Source of the DNA: an uncultured Abiotrophia sp.
Lineage (GTDB): Bacteria > Bacillota > Bacilli > Lactobacillales > Aerococcaceae
Assembly: GCA_965245735.1 (NCBI GenBank)
Contig: CBDFAX010000004.1
Coordinates: forward strand, 20,867 to 84,866
Direction of reading: 5' to 3'
DNA: 64,000 nucleotides
Positions 48,969 through 59,184 of the stretch are shown in pieces. The notes beneath the pieces are model-generated. The model did no database searches, had not been told where the DNA came from, and was given only the letters and a program-made list of their open reading frames with translations. The number at the start of each line of letters is the position of its first letter. Within the stretch, counting starts at the first letter, position 1. A program made the translations under genes and the position numbers.

Positions 48969-50954
48969 GTGAAATTAACGCGTCAAGCGGTGATTAATCG
49001 TCGTAAACAAGCACAGCGCCACGAATCAAATAAGAAAATTGCCAAAGTGGTTAATGCAGGCTTAGTCTTATTCGCATCTGCATCTACTTTAAGCACGCTC
49101 ACTGCACCAAAGGTGACCGTACAAGCTCAAACAGCTACCCAACAAAACTTCTTATCAACTATTGGAGGGTATGCACGCGATATCGCTAAGAATAATGACT
49201 TGTATGCCTCTGTAATGATTGCGCAAGCAATCTTAGAATCAGGTTGGGGCCAAAGTGGATTAGCATCAGCACCTAACTATAACTTATTCGGGATTAAGGG
49301 TGACTACAACGGTAATTCCGTTCGTATGGACACCTTAGAAGATGACGGTAGTGGTAACTACTATGCTGCTAAGGAACCTTTCCGTAAGTATAATAACTAC
49401 GGTGAATCTCTGAATGACTATGCTTCGCTCTTAACTGGGGATAACAATCCTAATAGTTGGCGCTACAAATACTATTATGGGGCGCGCGTAAGTGCGACCA
49501 ACTCTTATCAAGACGCAACGCAACATTTAACGGGTCGTTATGCGACAGATACGCGTTATGCGTCTAAGCTTAACCAATTAATCCAAACCTATGGTTTGAC
49601 TCAATATGATGCAGGTGGTTCTAGCACAGCTAGCCCAGCGCGCCCACAAGCCCCAGCAACTGGTGGCGGTTCTTATACAGTTCAAGCAGGTGATAGCTAC
49701 TGGCGCATTGCTAACAAGTACGGCATTTCGATTGAAGAATTGCAACGCTTGAATGGTACGTCTAGCTACTTCCTCTATCCAGGGCAAAGCTTGGTAGTAC
49801 CAGGTTCAGCTTCAACTACAAGTGGTTCTGCCTCTTCTGCTTCAAGCTCTACTAGCTCAGCAGGCACTAGTTCAGCAGGCGGCAACTATACAGTTCAAGC
49901 AGGCGATAGCTACTGGCGTATTGCCAACAAGTATGGGATTTCGATTCAAGAACTCCAACGCTTGAACGGTACATCTGACTACACTCTCCATCCAGGCCAA
50001 AGCATTAAAGTGCCAGGTTCAGGAACCAATGCATCAGCTTCATCAAACAGCAGCTCTACTGCAACAAACACAACGACTGCAGCACCAGCAGCGGGCGGTT
50101 CATACACAGTCCAAGCAGGTGATAGCTACTGGCGCATTGCCAACAAGTACGGGATTTCGATTTCAGAACTCCAACGTTTGAACGGCACATCTGACTATAA
50201 CCTCTACCCAGGTCAAAGCCTCAAGGTGCCAGGTTCAGGGTCATCTTCAAATGCCACTGCTTCATCAAACAGTTCTACTTCAACAAGTACAACGACTACA
50301 GCACCAGCAGCGGGCGGTTCATATACAGTCCAAGCAGGTGATAGCTACTGGCGTATTGCTAACAAGTACGGGATTTCAATTTCAGAACTCCAACGCTTGA
50401 ACGGGACTTCAAACTACTTCTTGTACCCAGGCCAAAGCATTAAAGTGCCAGGCTCTGGTTCAGCAAATGCGACTCCTGCTCCTGCAGCAACCACTGCAAG
50501 CACAACATCAGCACCTGCTGAAACACCAGCCCCAGCGCCAAGCACAGGCGGTGGCAACTATACAGTTCAAGCCGGTGACAGCTACTGGCGCATCGCTAAC
50601 AAGTATGGGATTTCAATTTCAGAACTCCAACGCTTGAATGGGACTTCAAACTACTTCTTGTACCCAGGTCAAAGTATCAAGGTACCAGGTGGTGGCGCCG
50701 CTGCTGAAACACCAGCCCCAGCACCAGTTAGCCAAACACCAGCTCCTGCAGAGAGCCCAGCGCCAGCGGCTGCTGAAACACCAGCTCCGGCTGCAAACAA
50801 CGCTAGCCAAGCAAGTGGCGGTTCATATACTGTCCAAGCAGGTGACACCTTGTACTCAATCGCTCGTCGTAATGGGGTAGATGTTTACAAATTGATCGCT
50901 AACAATGGGGGCTCCCATTTCATCCAAGTAGGTCAAGTCATCTCATTGAACTAG
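48969..50954 (+). CDS. Peptidoglycan hydrolase: GH73 N-acetylglucosaminidase domain plus six LysM repeats
   Basis: GTG start with GGGGGA SD. Signal/anchor segment. GH73 catalytic region MIAQAILESGWGQS. Five near-identical LysM modules plus one divergent one, separated by Ser/Thr/Ala/Pro linkers. Confidence 0.85.
   Translation: MKLTRQAVINRRKQAQRHESNKKIAKVVNAGLVLFASASTLSTLTAPKVTVQAQTATQQNFLSTIGGYARDIAKNNDLYASVMIAQAILESGWGQSGLASAPNYNLFGIKGDYNGNSVRMDTLEDDGSGNYYAAKEPFRKYNNYGESLNDYASLLTGDNNPNSWRYKYYYGARVSATNSYQDATQHLTGRYATDTRYASKLNQLIQTYGLTQYDAGGSSTASPARPQAPATGGGSYTVQAGDSYWRIANKYGISIEELQRLNGTSSYFLYPGQSLVVPGSASTTSGSASSASSSTSSAGTSSAGGNYTVQAGDSYWRIANKYGISIQELQRLNGTSDYTLHPGQSIKVPGSGTNASASSNSSSTATNTTTAAPAAGGSYTVQAGDSYWRIANKYGISISELQRLNGTSDYNLYPGQSLKVPGSGSSSNATASSNSSTSTSTTTTAPAAGGSYTVQAGDSYWRIANKYGISISELQRLNGTSNYFLYPGQSIKVPGSGSANATPAPAATTASTTSAPAETPAPAPSTGGGNYTVQAGDSYWRIANKYGISISELQRLNGTSNYFLYPGQSIKVPGGGAAAETPAPAPVSQTPAPAESPAPAAAETPAPAANNASQASGGSYTVQAGDTLYSIARRNGVDVYKLIANNGGSHFIQVGQVISLN
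49660..50951 (+). repeat. Tandem array of six LysM-encoding modules with low-complexity linkers
   Basis: YTVQAGDSYWRIANKYGISI(E/Q/S)ELQRLNGTS.Y.L(Y/H)PGQS(L/I).VPG occurs five times. The last module is YTVQAGDTLYSIARRNGV... Confidence 0.9.
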
Positions 50955-50999
50955 TCGTTAGTATTTGATATACTAGACTCAATAGTAATTCAATATTGG

Positions 51000-51222
51000 A
51001 ATTAGTAGGCGGTACAACTGCTATAGAGAGCTTATGGGTGGTGGAAATAAGCCGGGAGTGCTACTGAACTCATCCAATTGAAGCTAGTCTGAATTTTCAG
51101 TAAGACTAGACGTCCGCCGCGTTAAGGCTAGAGATAAGCTATTCTAGCTTAAATTAGGTGGTACCGCGAAAATTTCGCCCTATGTGAACTGTGTTTGACA
51201 CGGTTTACGTAGGGCTTTTTTT
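51000..51222 (+). promoter_or_regulatory. T-box leader upstream of leuS
   Basis: AGAGAG GA motif. T-box AAATTAGGTGGTACCGCG at 51151-51168. Terminator GCCCTATGTGAACTGTG...CACGGTTTACGTAGGGC plus T7, ending at 51222. The tentative specifier is CUC at 51069-51071. Confidence 0.8.
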
Positions 51223-51247
51223 ATCAGAAATGCAAGGAGGTTATGTG

Positions 51248-53656
51248 ATGACCTATAATCACAAGGCAATCGAAGAAAAATGGCAAGGCTATTGGCGCCA
51301 AAATCAGACTTTTAAAACTCAGGAGCGTCCTGGGCATCCTAAATTCTATGCCCTAGACATGTTCCCTTATCCATCTGGTCAGGGCTTGCACGTAGGGCAC
51401 CCAGAAGGCTATACAGCAACCGATGCCGTGGCTCGTATGAAACGGGCACAAGGCTATGATGTCTTGCATCCAATGGGTTGGGATGCTTTTGGCTTGCCTG
51501 CTGAACAATACGCTTTGGATACGGGGAATGACCCAGCTGATTTTACTGCTGCCAATATCGAAACTTTCCGCCGTCAAATCAATTCACTTGGTTTCAGCTA
51601 TGACTGGGAGCGGGAAGTCAATACAACCGATCCTAACTATTATAAATGGACTCAATGGATTTTCTCCAAAATGTACGAAAAAGGCTTGGCCTATGAAGCA
51701 GAAGTAGCCGTTAACTGGTGTCCCGCCTTAGGGACCGTCTTGGCTAACGAAGAAGTCATTGATGGTAAATCCGAGCGTGGGGGCCATCCTGTTTACCGTA
51801 AGCCAATGAAACAATGGATGCTCAAAATTACAGCCTATGCAGAGCGTCTACTAGAAGATTTGGATCTTCTAGACTGGCCTGAAAGCCTTAAGGAAATGCA
51901 ACGCAACTGGATTGGTAAATCCGAAGGGGCCTTGATTAACTTTGATATTGTGGGTCACGCCGACCAAGTGCAAGTCTTTACTTCACGCGCGGATACTCTT
52001 TTTGGGTCTTCTTATGTGGTCTTAGCGCCTGAACATGAATTAGTAGCGAAAGTCACCAGCCCTGAACAAGAAGCCGCGGTAAAAGCCTATGTTGACGCAG
52101 TCGCAACGAAGAGCGATATGGACCGGACTTCCCTTAATAAGGATAAATCCGGGGTCTTCACCGGAGGCTATGTCAAGCATCCTGTAACGGGCGAGTCCTT
52201 ACCTATTTGGATTGCGGACTATGTCTTGGCTTCTTATGGGACTGGGGCGGTCATGGGGGTACCAGCCCACGACGAACGGGACTTCGAATTTGCTAGCAAG
52301 TACGATTTACCAATTGTGTCCGTAATCGAACACAATGAACCGGGTTGCTATGAAGGTGACGGATCCCACATTAATTCTGACTTCTTGAACGGCCTTTATA
52401 ATGCAGAAGCCATCACTACCATGATTGATTGGTTAGAAGCTCATGGTAAAGGCCAACGCCAGGTCAACTACCGCTTGCGTGACTGGCTCTTCTCTCGTCA
52501 ACGTTATTGGGGTGAGCCAATCCCAGTGATTCATTGGGAAGATGGCAGTATGAGTCTAGTGCCTGAAGATCAATTACCACTTCGTCTGCCTGTGACCGAT
52601 AAGATTCAACCAAGTGGTACGGGAGAATCACCATTGGCTGCTATTGAAGAGTGGGTCAACGTGGTGGATCCAGAAACAGGCCGTAAAGGTCGTCGTGAGA
52701 CTAACACCATGCCACAATGGGCGGGTAGTTCTTGGTACTATCTCCGTTATATCGACCCACAGAATTCAGAGCGCCTAGCAGATCCAGACAAGTTAGCCAA
52801 ATGGTTGCCAGTTGACCTCTATATTGGGGGGGCGGAACACGCTGTCTTGCACTTGCTTTACGCCCGTTTCTGGCATAAATTCCTCTACGACTTAGGTGTG
52901 GTACCAACTAAGGAACCATTCATGAAGCTCTTCAACCAAGGCATGATTTTGGGGACGGACGGCAACAAAATGTCCAAGTCCAAGGGCAATGTGGTCAATC
53001 CTGACCATGTGGTTGACCAATACGGGGCAGATACCCTACGTGTCTACGAAATGTTCATGGGACCATTGGATGCTTCGATTGCTTGGAGTGAGAATGGTTT
53101 GGAATCAACTCGTCGCTTCCTTGATCGAATCTGGCGTCTCTATGTGGCAGAGGACGGTAGCCTCAGTGAGCGAATCCAAGATGCTGAAAACCCTGCCCTA
53201 GAACGTGTCTACCATCAAACAGTCAAGAAGGTAACGGAAGACTATGAAATCCTCCACTTCAATACCGCAATTTCGCAAATGATGATTTTCCTCAATGCTA
53301 CGAAAGACCAGGCCATCATTCCAAAAGCTTATGCTAAAGGCCTGATTCAATTGTTGGCGCCATTGGCTCCACATATTAGTGAGGAAATCTGGCAAAAGCT
53401 AGGTCACCAAGACAGCATTTCGCATGTCGCTTGGCCAAGCTATGAGGAAGCTTTGACCATTGAAGATCAGGTAGAAGTTGTAGTTCAAATTAATGGTAAG
53501 ATTAAGGCTAAGGTAATGGTAGAGGCCAATATGGCCGCGGATGCTTTAGGTGATTTGGCTCTTAACTTGCCAGAGATTCAAGCACAACTTGAAGGCAAGA
53601 CCCTACGCAAAGTGGTAGCAATTCCTAACCGATTAGTCAATATCGTAGCAAATTAA
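51248..53656 (+). CDS. leuS: Leucine--tRNA ligase
   Basis: HIGH-type motif HVGHPEGY and KMSKS. SD AAGGAGG is at 51233-51239. The track start at 51191 lies inside the T-box terminator. Confidence 0.95.
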   Translation: MTYNHKAIEEKWQGYWRQNQTFKTQERPGHPKFYALDMFPYPSGQGLHVGHPEGYTATDAVARMKRAQGYDVLHPMGWDAFGLPAEQYALDTGNDPADFTAANIETFRRQINSLGFSYDWEREVNTTDPNYYKWTQWIFSKMYEKGLAYEAEVAVNWCPALGTVLANEEVIDGKSERGGHPVYRKPMKQWMLKITAYAERLLEDLDLLDWPESLKEMQRNWIGKSEGALINFDIVGHADQVQVFTSRADTLFGSSYVVLAPEHELVAKVTSPEQEAAVKAYVDAVATKSDMDRTSLNKDKSGVFTGGYVKHPVTGESLPIWIADYVLASYGTGAVMGVPAHDERDFEFASKYDLPIVSVIEHNEPGCYEGDGSHINSDFLNGLYNAEAITTMIDWLEAHGKGQRQVNYRLRDWLFSRQRYWGEPIPVIHWEDGSMSLVPEDQLPLRLPVTDKIQPSGTGESPLAAIEEWVNVVDPETGRKGRRETNTMPQWAGSSWYYLRYIDPQNSERLADPDKLAKWLPVDLYIGGAEHAVLHLLYARFWHKFLYDLGVVPTKEPFMKLFNQGMILGTDGNKMSKSKGNVVNPDHVVDQYGADTLRVYEMFMGPLDASIAWSENGLESTRRFLDRIWRLYVAEDGSLSERIQDAENPALERVYHQTVKKVTEDYEILHFNTAISQMMIFLNATKDQAIIPKAYAKGLIQLLAPLAPHISEEIWQKLGHQDSISHVAWPSYEEALTIEDQVEVVVQINGKIKAKVMVEANMAADALGDLALNLPEIQAQLEGKTLRKVVAIPNRLVNIVAN

Positions 53657-53663
53657 GGAGACG

Positions 53664-56600
53664 ATGCAGATGACAGAAAGAGACAAGCGCGATTTAGAGC
53701 GCGGCACACCAAGCCCGGATTTACAGGCTTTGTTGGCCGAAGAACAAAACTTGCATGAGACCGTCATCTTTTCCAAAGAAGACATGAAGAAACTACGTCG
53801 GCCTAATGCGCAACCGGCAGATGGCGATTACTTTAACCTTAATCTGCCGGCAGACTTGGACCTAGAATTAGATGATGATCAATTCGATGTAGACCCCATC
53901 TTCCAAGCAGATGCCGAGCCAATTCCTAGTGAACCAGCAAAGGATAAGGCAGACTGGGTAGTCAATGACTTACCAGCCTGGGAGGAAGAGGCTGAGTCAA
54001 CGGAGCCAGCTGAAGTTGAGGAAGAACAAGGCCAACTAGATGCTGATCTTCCAGAGTTAGAGCTAGAGAGAGCTGAAAGCAGCTCAGTAAGCAATCTTGA
54101 TTTAGAAGGACAAGACGATCCAAACTACAATCCTTTTATCTATCGTCCAAAACATCTGAAACCTCAGCCGACAGAAGCCAAAGCATCAAAATCGCTTAAG
54201 CTACCTCGCTTAGATTTAGACGCTGTCTATGAAGCCCACTATAGCTTAGATCACTTAGACGATTTGGACGCTTATGACCAATTTGGGGCACCAGAATTGA
54301 CCCCAACCAAGATTGAGCGACTGATGCAAAACTGGTGGCAAGGTATCACGCAAAGAGTCAACAGCCTCAAACCTAAGGAAGAGGCAGCTGCTCCAGAAGA
54401 TAAATTAGCTCAAGCTCCTCTAGAGGCGGAAGTTAATGAAGAGCTTGCTCCAACTGAAAGTCAAGCAGAAGTAGAACTTGAGCTATCTGATGTAAACGTT
54501 GAATTAGCTGAGGCAGAAGTTGATTCTACTGAGCATGTTGAAGCAAACAAGGATAGTGTTGAGACTTTCCAAGGAACTGAAAGTTCAGCGCCAAGTCAAG
54601 AAGACAAAATAGAGCAAGTCCAAGAGGAGCTGGAAGAAGGTGCAGAGCCTGATTTGCTAGCGCCTGTTGAATTGGAAGAAGAAGCTGGGTCAGCTTTACA
54701 AGAGGACAAGAGTGACGATGACAATCAATGGACGCCAGTATCTGTCTTAGATATAGAGGAGCAAGAGGCTGAGGCAGAAGTTAACTCCGAGCCAATAGAT
54801 GATGAAAACTTAGACGCAGATCAGGTGACTGAGCAAGAGCCTCAAGAAGAGGAAGCAGCTGAGCCAAAACTTAACCTTTGGCAACGTCTAGTACGTTGGA
54901 TTCAAGAAGGCGAACCTAAGGAAGATGAGGAGTCAGAAGCAACTTCTCAAGAGGCTTCCCAAACAAGTCAAGCTTCTGATGAGTCAGATTCTGACCATGA
55001 TGAAGATGATAGTCAAGGTGGTGCCAGCCTAACAGCTTGGGAGCAAGAAGTAGAGCCAGAGGCTGAACATGACGCCTCAGAACTTGAAACCGGCTCTGAT
55101 AACTCCCCTAGTTCAGATTTTGATTTGGAACTAGATGAAGAGGCGGTGGCCGGCCACCCGGAGCCTCAAGCGGCGCGTCCGACGGAAAGACCTCAGACCG
55201 CCAGTCCTGAAAGCCCATCTCTAGGTCAACAACTAGCCTTTGACTTAACTGATACCCAGGCGATTACGCCAGAAGCCATTCAGGCCTACAGTGACCAGGT
55301 TAGCCAAGCAACTCAGGTCTTTACGGAGCCTATTCTGACGGACCAGGTCCTAGAAGAATACCTGAATGAAGATGATGTCACCATTGAGGCGGAACTTAAT
55401 GAGAAGCAAACCATCGTCAAAGGGGCGACTTGGCTGACTTTCGGGAACATCTTCTCCCGGATTTTGGGTGCCATCTATGTCATTCCTTGGGCAGCTTGGT
55501 TAGGGGCAGACTATCTCAATGCTAATACCCTATATAGTGCGGGTTACCAACCTTATGCGCTCTTCCTAGCTATTGGGACGGCAGGTTTCCCAAGTGCCAT
55601 TGCCAAACAGATGGCCTACTATCACTCCAAAAAACAATACCGTTTTGCAGACCAACTCTTTAAGGCAAGTATGATTGTCATGAGTTTGATGGGCTTGGTT
55701 ACGGCCACAGCGCTCTTCTTCGTAGCGCCAGCCTTAGCGGCAGCTACGCCAACCATTGACCATGCGGCAGCCACTTTGGTTATTCGTTCCTTGGTGCCAC
55801 CGCTAGTTATCTTGCCAGTCATGAGTCTCTTGCGGGGCTATTTCCAAGGCTACAACAACATGGTGCCAACGGCAGTCTCCCAAATTCTGGAACAAATTGC
55901 TCGCGTCTTCTATATGTTGGCAGCGACTTATGCTGTCATGAAGCTCTTCAATGGGGCAGCGACAACAGCGGTTATCCATTCGACTTTTGCAGCCTTTATC
56001 GGGGCGGCGGTGTCACTGGTCTACTTGATTTTCGTCTATCTTCGTCGTCTTCCGATGATTAAGGCTTTAATCGCAACGGATCAATCCCGTGATGAATTCG
56101 ATTTAATGAAGACCCTGCGGATTATGCTTATAGACTCTGTTCCTTTCATCCTGGTAGGATCCGGTATTATTATCGCACAAAACATCGATACCTATACCTT
56201 CGGTCAGATTATGGGCTACACTTCTAGTCTCTTGCGTAGCGAAATAGCGGAACTCTATGGGGTGCTAAGTCTAGACGTCAACAAGCTGATTATGATTATC
56301 ATCTCCTTGGCCATTGGGATTTCCCTGTCTTCTCTGCCGGCTATCACCAAACGTTTTGCCGAGCAGGACAAGGAAGGAACGGGTGACTTAATTCAGCACG
56401 TTATCTTGCTCTTCAGCTTTGTGATGTTGCCAGCCGCAGTTGGTATGGCAAGCATTCCTACTGAAGTTTACCAACTCTTCTATGCTAATGGGAGTCATTC
56501 AGGGCCAGGCCTCCTGGTGACGGCCTCCTACATGTCGATTATCTTGGGGCTCTACACCATTCTATCGACCATTCTCCAAGCCATGAACTTCCGCCGTCTC

Positions 56601-57020
56601 TCCATCTGGCATCTCTTGATTGGTTTAGTCGTCAAAGTGGTCCTGCAATTCCCGCTTGTGGCTCTTTTCCAAGCGCAAGGGACCTTCCTTTCCACAGGTC
56701 TTGCCTTCTTGGTGTCTTCCTTGCTCATGTGGCGGACCATTCACAAGTCGGTACCTTTACGCTATAGCGAGATGACACCAAAACTTGTTAAGATGCTAGT
56801 CGGGACAGCGCTGATGGGCGTTAGCACCAGCATCTGGGCCCAAGTCTTGAACGGCCTCATGGGGCCAGTTGGACGAGGCATGACTTTCATCAAGGTAATC
56901 TTGGTTGTCTTGGTAGGTGTCTTCGTCTACATGACAGTGATGGCCTTATTTGGTCTCTTACCAATCCTCTTCGGTTCGCGTAAGAAAGACCTGCAAGATA
57001 AGATGAGGTTCTTCTCATGA
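53664..57020 (+). CDS. MOP-superfamily flippase (YtgP/MurJ-like polysaccharide biosynthesis protein) with a ~580-aa acidic N-terminal extension
   Basis: The C-terminal ~538 aa are polytopic and start KGATWLTFGNIFSRILGAIYVIPW. The N-terminal part (53664-55403) is D/E/Q/P-rich with no TM segment. SD AAGGAG precedes the start. Confidence 0.75.
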   Translation: MQMTERDKRDLERGTPSPDLQALLAEEQNLHETVIFSKEDMKKLRRPNAQPADGDYFNLNLPADLDLELDDDQFDVDPIFQADAEPIPSEPAKDKADWVVNDLPAWEEEAESTEPAEVEEEQGQLDADLPELELERAESSSVSNLDLEGQDDPNYNPFIYRPKHLKPQPTEAKASKSLKLPRLDLDAVYEAHYSLDHLDDLDAYDQFGAPELTPTKIERLMQNWWQGITQRVNSLKPKEEAAAPEDKLAQAPLEAEVNEELAPTESQAEVELELSDVNVELAEAEVDSTEHVEANKDSVETFQGTESSAPSQEDKIEQVQEELEEGAEPDLLAPVELEEEAGSALQEDKSDDDNQWTPVSVLDIEEQEAEAEVNSEPIDDENLDADQVTEQEPQEEEAAEPKLNLWQRLVRWIQEGEPKEDEESEATSQEASQTSQASDESDSDHDEDDSQGGASLTAWEQEVEPEAEHDASELETGSDNSPSSDFDLELDEEAVAGHPEPQAARPTERPQTASPESPSLGQQLAFDLTDTQAITPEAIQAYSDQVSQATQVFTEPILTDQVLEEYLNEDDVTIEAELNEKQTIVKGATWLTFGNIFSRILGAIYVIPWAAWLGADYLNANTLYSAGYQPYALFLAIGTAGFPSAIAKQMAYYHSKKQYRFADQLFKASMIVMSLMGLVTATALFFVAPALAAATPTIDHAAATLVIRSLVPPLVILPVMSLLRGYFQGYNNMVPTAVSQILEQIARVFYMLAATYAVMKLFNGAATTAVIHSTFAAFIGAAVSLVYLIFVYLRRLPMIKALIATDQSRDEFDLMKTLRIMLIDSVPFILVGSGIIIAQNIDTYTFGQIMGYTSSLLRSEIAELYGVLSLDVNKLIMIIISLAIGISLSSLPAITKRFAEQDKEGTGDLIQHVILLFSFVMLPAAVGMASIPTEVYQLFYANGSHSGPGLLVTASYMSIILGLYTILSTILQAMNFRRLSIWHLLIGLVVKVVLQFPLVALFQAQGTFLSTGLAFLVSSLLMWRTIHKSVPLRYSEMTPKLVKMLVGTALMGVSTSIWAQVLNGLMGPVGRGMTFIKVILVVLVGVFVYMTVMALFGLLPILFGSRKKDLQDKMRFFS

Positions 57021-57748
57021 GAATTGAGAAATATTTGGCGGATACGGGCTGGGGCAGTCGGAAAGACATTAAGCAACTGCTAGCCCAAAAAATCGTCACC
57101 ATAAATGATCTGGTTTGCAGCAAGGGTGGCACGCAAGTGACGCCCGGCAGCGACCGCGTTGCTGTAGGGGGCCAAGTGGTCCCCTATCAGCGATATCACT
57201 ATTATTTACTTAACAAACCGGCGGGTATTTTGTCTGCCACAGAAGATGCGCGCCATCAGACCGTGATTGACTGGCTAGGGGAGGGCTACCAACATTTGGA
57301 CCTCTTCCCTGTGGGACGTTTGGATATTGATACAACGGGGCTTTTGCTGCTTACCAATAATGGACAGCTAGCCCACCAACTCTTATCGCCTAAGAAGAAA
57401 GTTAATAAAACTTACACCGCCACCATCCGAGGTTTGGTGGACGAGACGGACATTGCGGCCTTTGCAGAGGGCTTGGACTTGGGCGATTTTATCAGCTTGC
57501 CTGCAGACTTGACGGTTTTAAGTCAAGATGTGGATCAAGGCACCAGCCAAATTCAGATCATTATTCAGGAAGGTAAATTCCATCAAGTGAAGCGCATGTT
57601 CCAAGCCGTCGGCAAGGAGGTTCTGAGCCTCCATCGCTTGGCCATGGGGCCCCTGCGTTTAGAGTCAGATTTAGCCCATGGCCAGTGGCGCTCCTTGACT
57701 GAGCAAGAGGCGCAAGCTCTCGAGCCGTATGGTTATGTGGCAGAATAA
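57017..57748 (+). CDS. Pseudouridine synthase, RsuA/RluB family (S4 domain plus catalytic domain)
   Basis: Catalytic Asp loop GRLDIDTTGLLLLTNNG. ATGA overlap with the upstream stop. Confidence 0.85.
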   Translation: MRIEKYLADTGWGSRKDIKQLLAQKIVTINDLVCSKGGTQVTPGSDRVAVGGQVVPYQRYHYYLLNKPAGILSATEDARHQTVIDWLGEGYQHLDLFPVGRLDIDTTGLLLLTNNGQLAHQLLSPKKKVNKTYTATIRGLVDETDIAAFAEGLDLGDFISLPADLTVLSQDVDQGTSQIQIIIQEGKFHQVKRMFQAVGKEVLSLHRLAMGPLRLESDLAHGQWRSLTEQEAQALEPYGYVAE

Positions 57749-57766
57749 GTATTTAGGAGGTAGACT

Positions 57767-59176
57767 ATGACAAAGATTAATTGGTTACAAGAAGTCGAAG
57801 CGCGTAAAGAGGCGCTCTTCGCAGATTTATTCCGTTTATTGAAGGTGCCATCTGTTCGTGAAGACGATAAGGCAACGCCAGAGGCGCCAGTAGGTCCTGG
57901 ACCTAAGGCGGCCTTGGAAGAATTTCTCAACATGGCACAAGAAGATGGCTTTGAAACTAAGCAGTTTGGCCCTTGGGCTGGACGTGTAGAAGTCGGATCT
58001 GGTGATCAACTGGTTGGTATTCTGGGCCACGTGGATGTGGTGCCAGTAGGAACTGGCTGGGATACCGATCCTTTTGAACCAGTAGTAAAAGATGGCCGTA
58101 TCTATGCCCGTGGCTCTAGCGATGACAAGGGGCCAACAGTGGCAGCTTACTTCGCGCTCAAACTCTTACGTGAATTAGGGTTAGAACTTAAGCAACGTCT
58201 CCACTTAATTGTCGGGACCGACGAAGAGAGTGGCTGGCAATGTATGGATTATTACTTCAAGCATGCTGAAATGCCAGACTATGGCTTCTCACCAGATGCC
58301 ATTTTCCCAATCATTAACGGGGAGAAAGGCAACGTGTCAGCGACTTTTAATTTCCAAGCAGGGGCTAAGGCGGCTGGAGCTAACCACTTAGTTAGTTTTG
58401 AAGCAGGCTTACGTGAAAACATGGTGCCTCAAGATGCGACGGCTGTTGTTGAAAGTGCTAATTTAGCAGAGCTAGTGGTGGACTTTGAGTCCTTCCTTTT
58501 AGAACATCAATTAGGTGGCCAAGTGCAACTGCAAGGCAACCAAGCGACCTTCTCCTTGATTGGGAAGGCAGCCCACGGTTCGACGCCAAGCAAAGGGGTC
58601 AATGCGGCAACCTTCTTAGCTAAGTACCTACACCGTTTTGGATTTGATCGAGCAGGTGCAGAGAGCTTCCTTCATCTGTTAGCGGACCATCTGCACCAAG
58701 ACTTTGAAGGGGTAAACTTAGGCGTGGCTCACCGTGATCCCGTCATGCAAGAATTGACCATGAACGTGGGCTTGGTTAACTACCAAGATGACAAAGGTGG
58801 TAGCATTGTAGCCAACTTCCGTTATCCAAAAGGCACTGATCCAGAAAAAATGGCTGCTCAAACTGCTCAACGTTTGGCTGGCCATGATTTAAGTATCGAG
58901 TGGGGTGAGTTCAAGGAGCCACACTATGTGTCAGTTGATGACCCAATGGTTAAGGAATTGTTAGCAGTCTATGAGGAGCAAACTGGCCTTGAAGGGCATG
59001 AAATGACCATCGGTGGCGGCACCTATGGCCGCCTGATGCCACGTGGGGTAGCCTACGGTGCTTTGTTCCCAGATTCGATTGACACAATGCACCAAGCCAA
59101 CGAATTTATCGCGATTGATGACTTACTTAAGGCAACAGCTATTTATGCTGAAGCTATCTACCGTATTACACGCTAG
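57767..59176 (+). CDS. pepV: Dipeptidase PepV (M20 family)
   Basis: 469 aa. Motifs GHVDVVP, SSDDKGP and GTDEESG. Confidence 0.85.
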   Translation: MTKINWLQEVEARKEALFADLFRLLKVPSVREDDKATPEAPVGPGPKAALEEFLNMAQEDGFETKQFGPWAGRVEVGSGDQLVGILGHVDVVPVGTGWDTDPFEPVVKDGRIYARGSSDDKGPTVAAYFALKLLRELGLELKQRLHLIVGTDEESGWQCMDYYFKHAEMPDYGFSPDAIFPIINGEKGNVSATFNFQAGAKAAGANHLVSFEAGLRENMVPQDATAVVESANLAELVVDFESFLLEHQLGGQVQLQGNQATFSLIGKAAHGSTPSKGVNAATFLAKYLHRFGFDRAGAESFLHLLADHLHQDFEGVNLGVAHRDPVMQELTMNVGLVNYQDDKGGSIVANFRYPKGTDPEKMAAQTAQRLAGHDLSIEWGEFKEPHYVSVDDPMVKELLAVYEEQTGLEGHEMTIGGGTYGRLMPRGVAYGALFPDSIDTMHQANEFIAIDDLLKATAIYAEAIYRITR

Positions 59177-59184
59177 GTCTTGCC

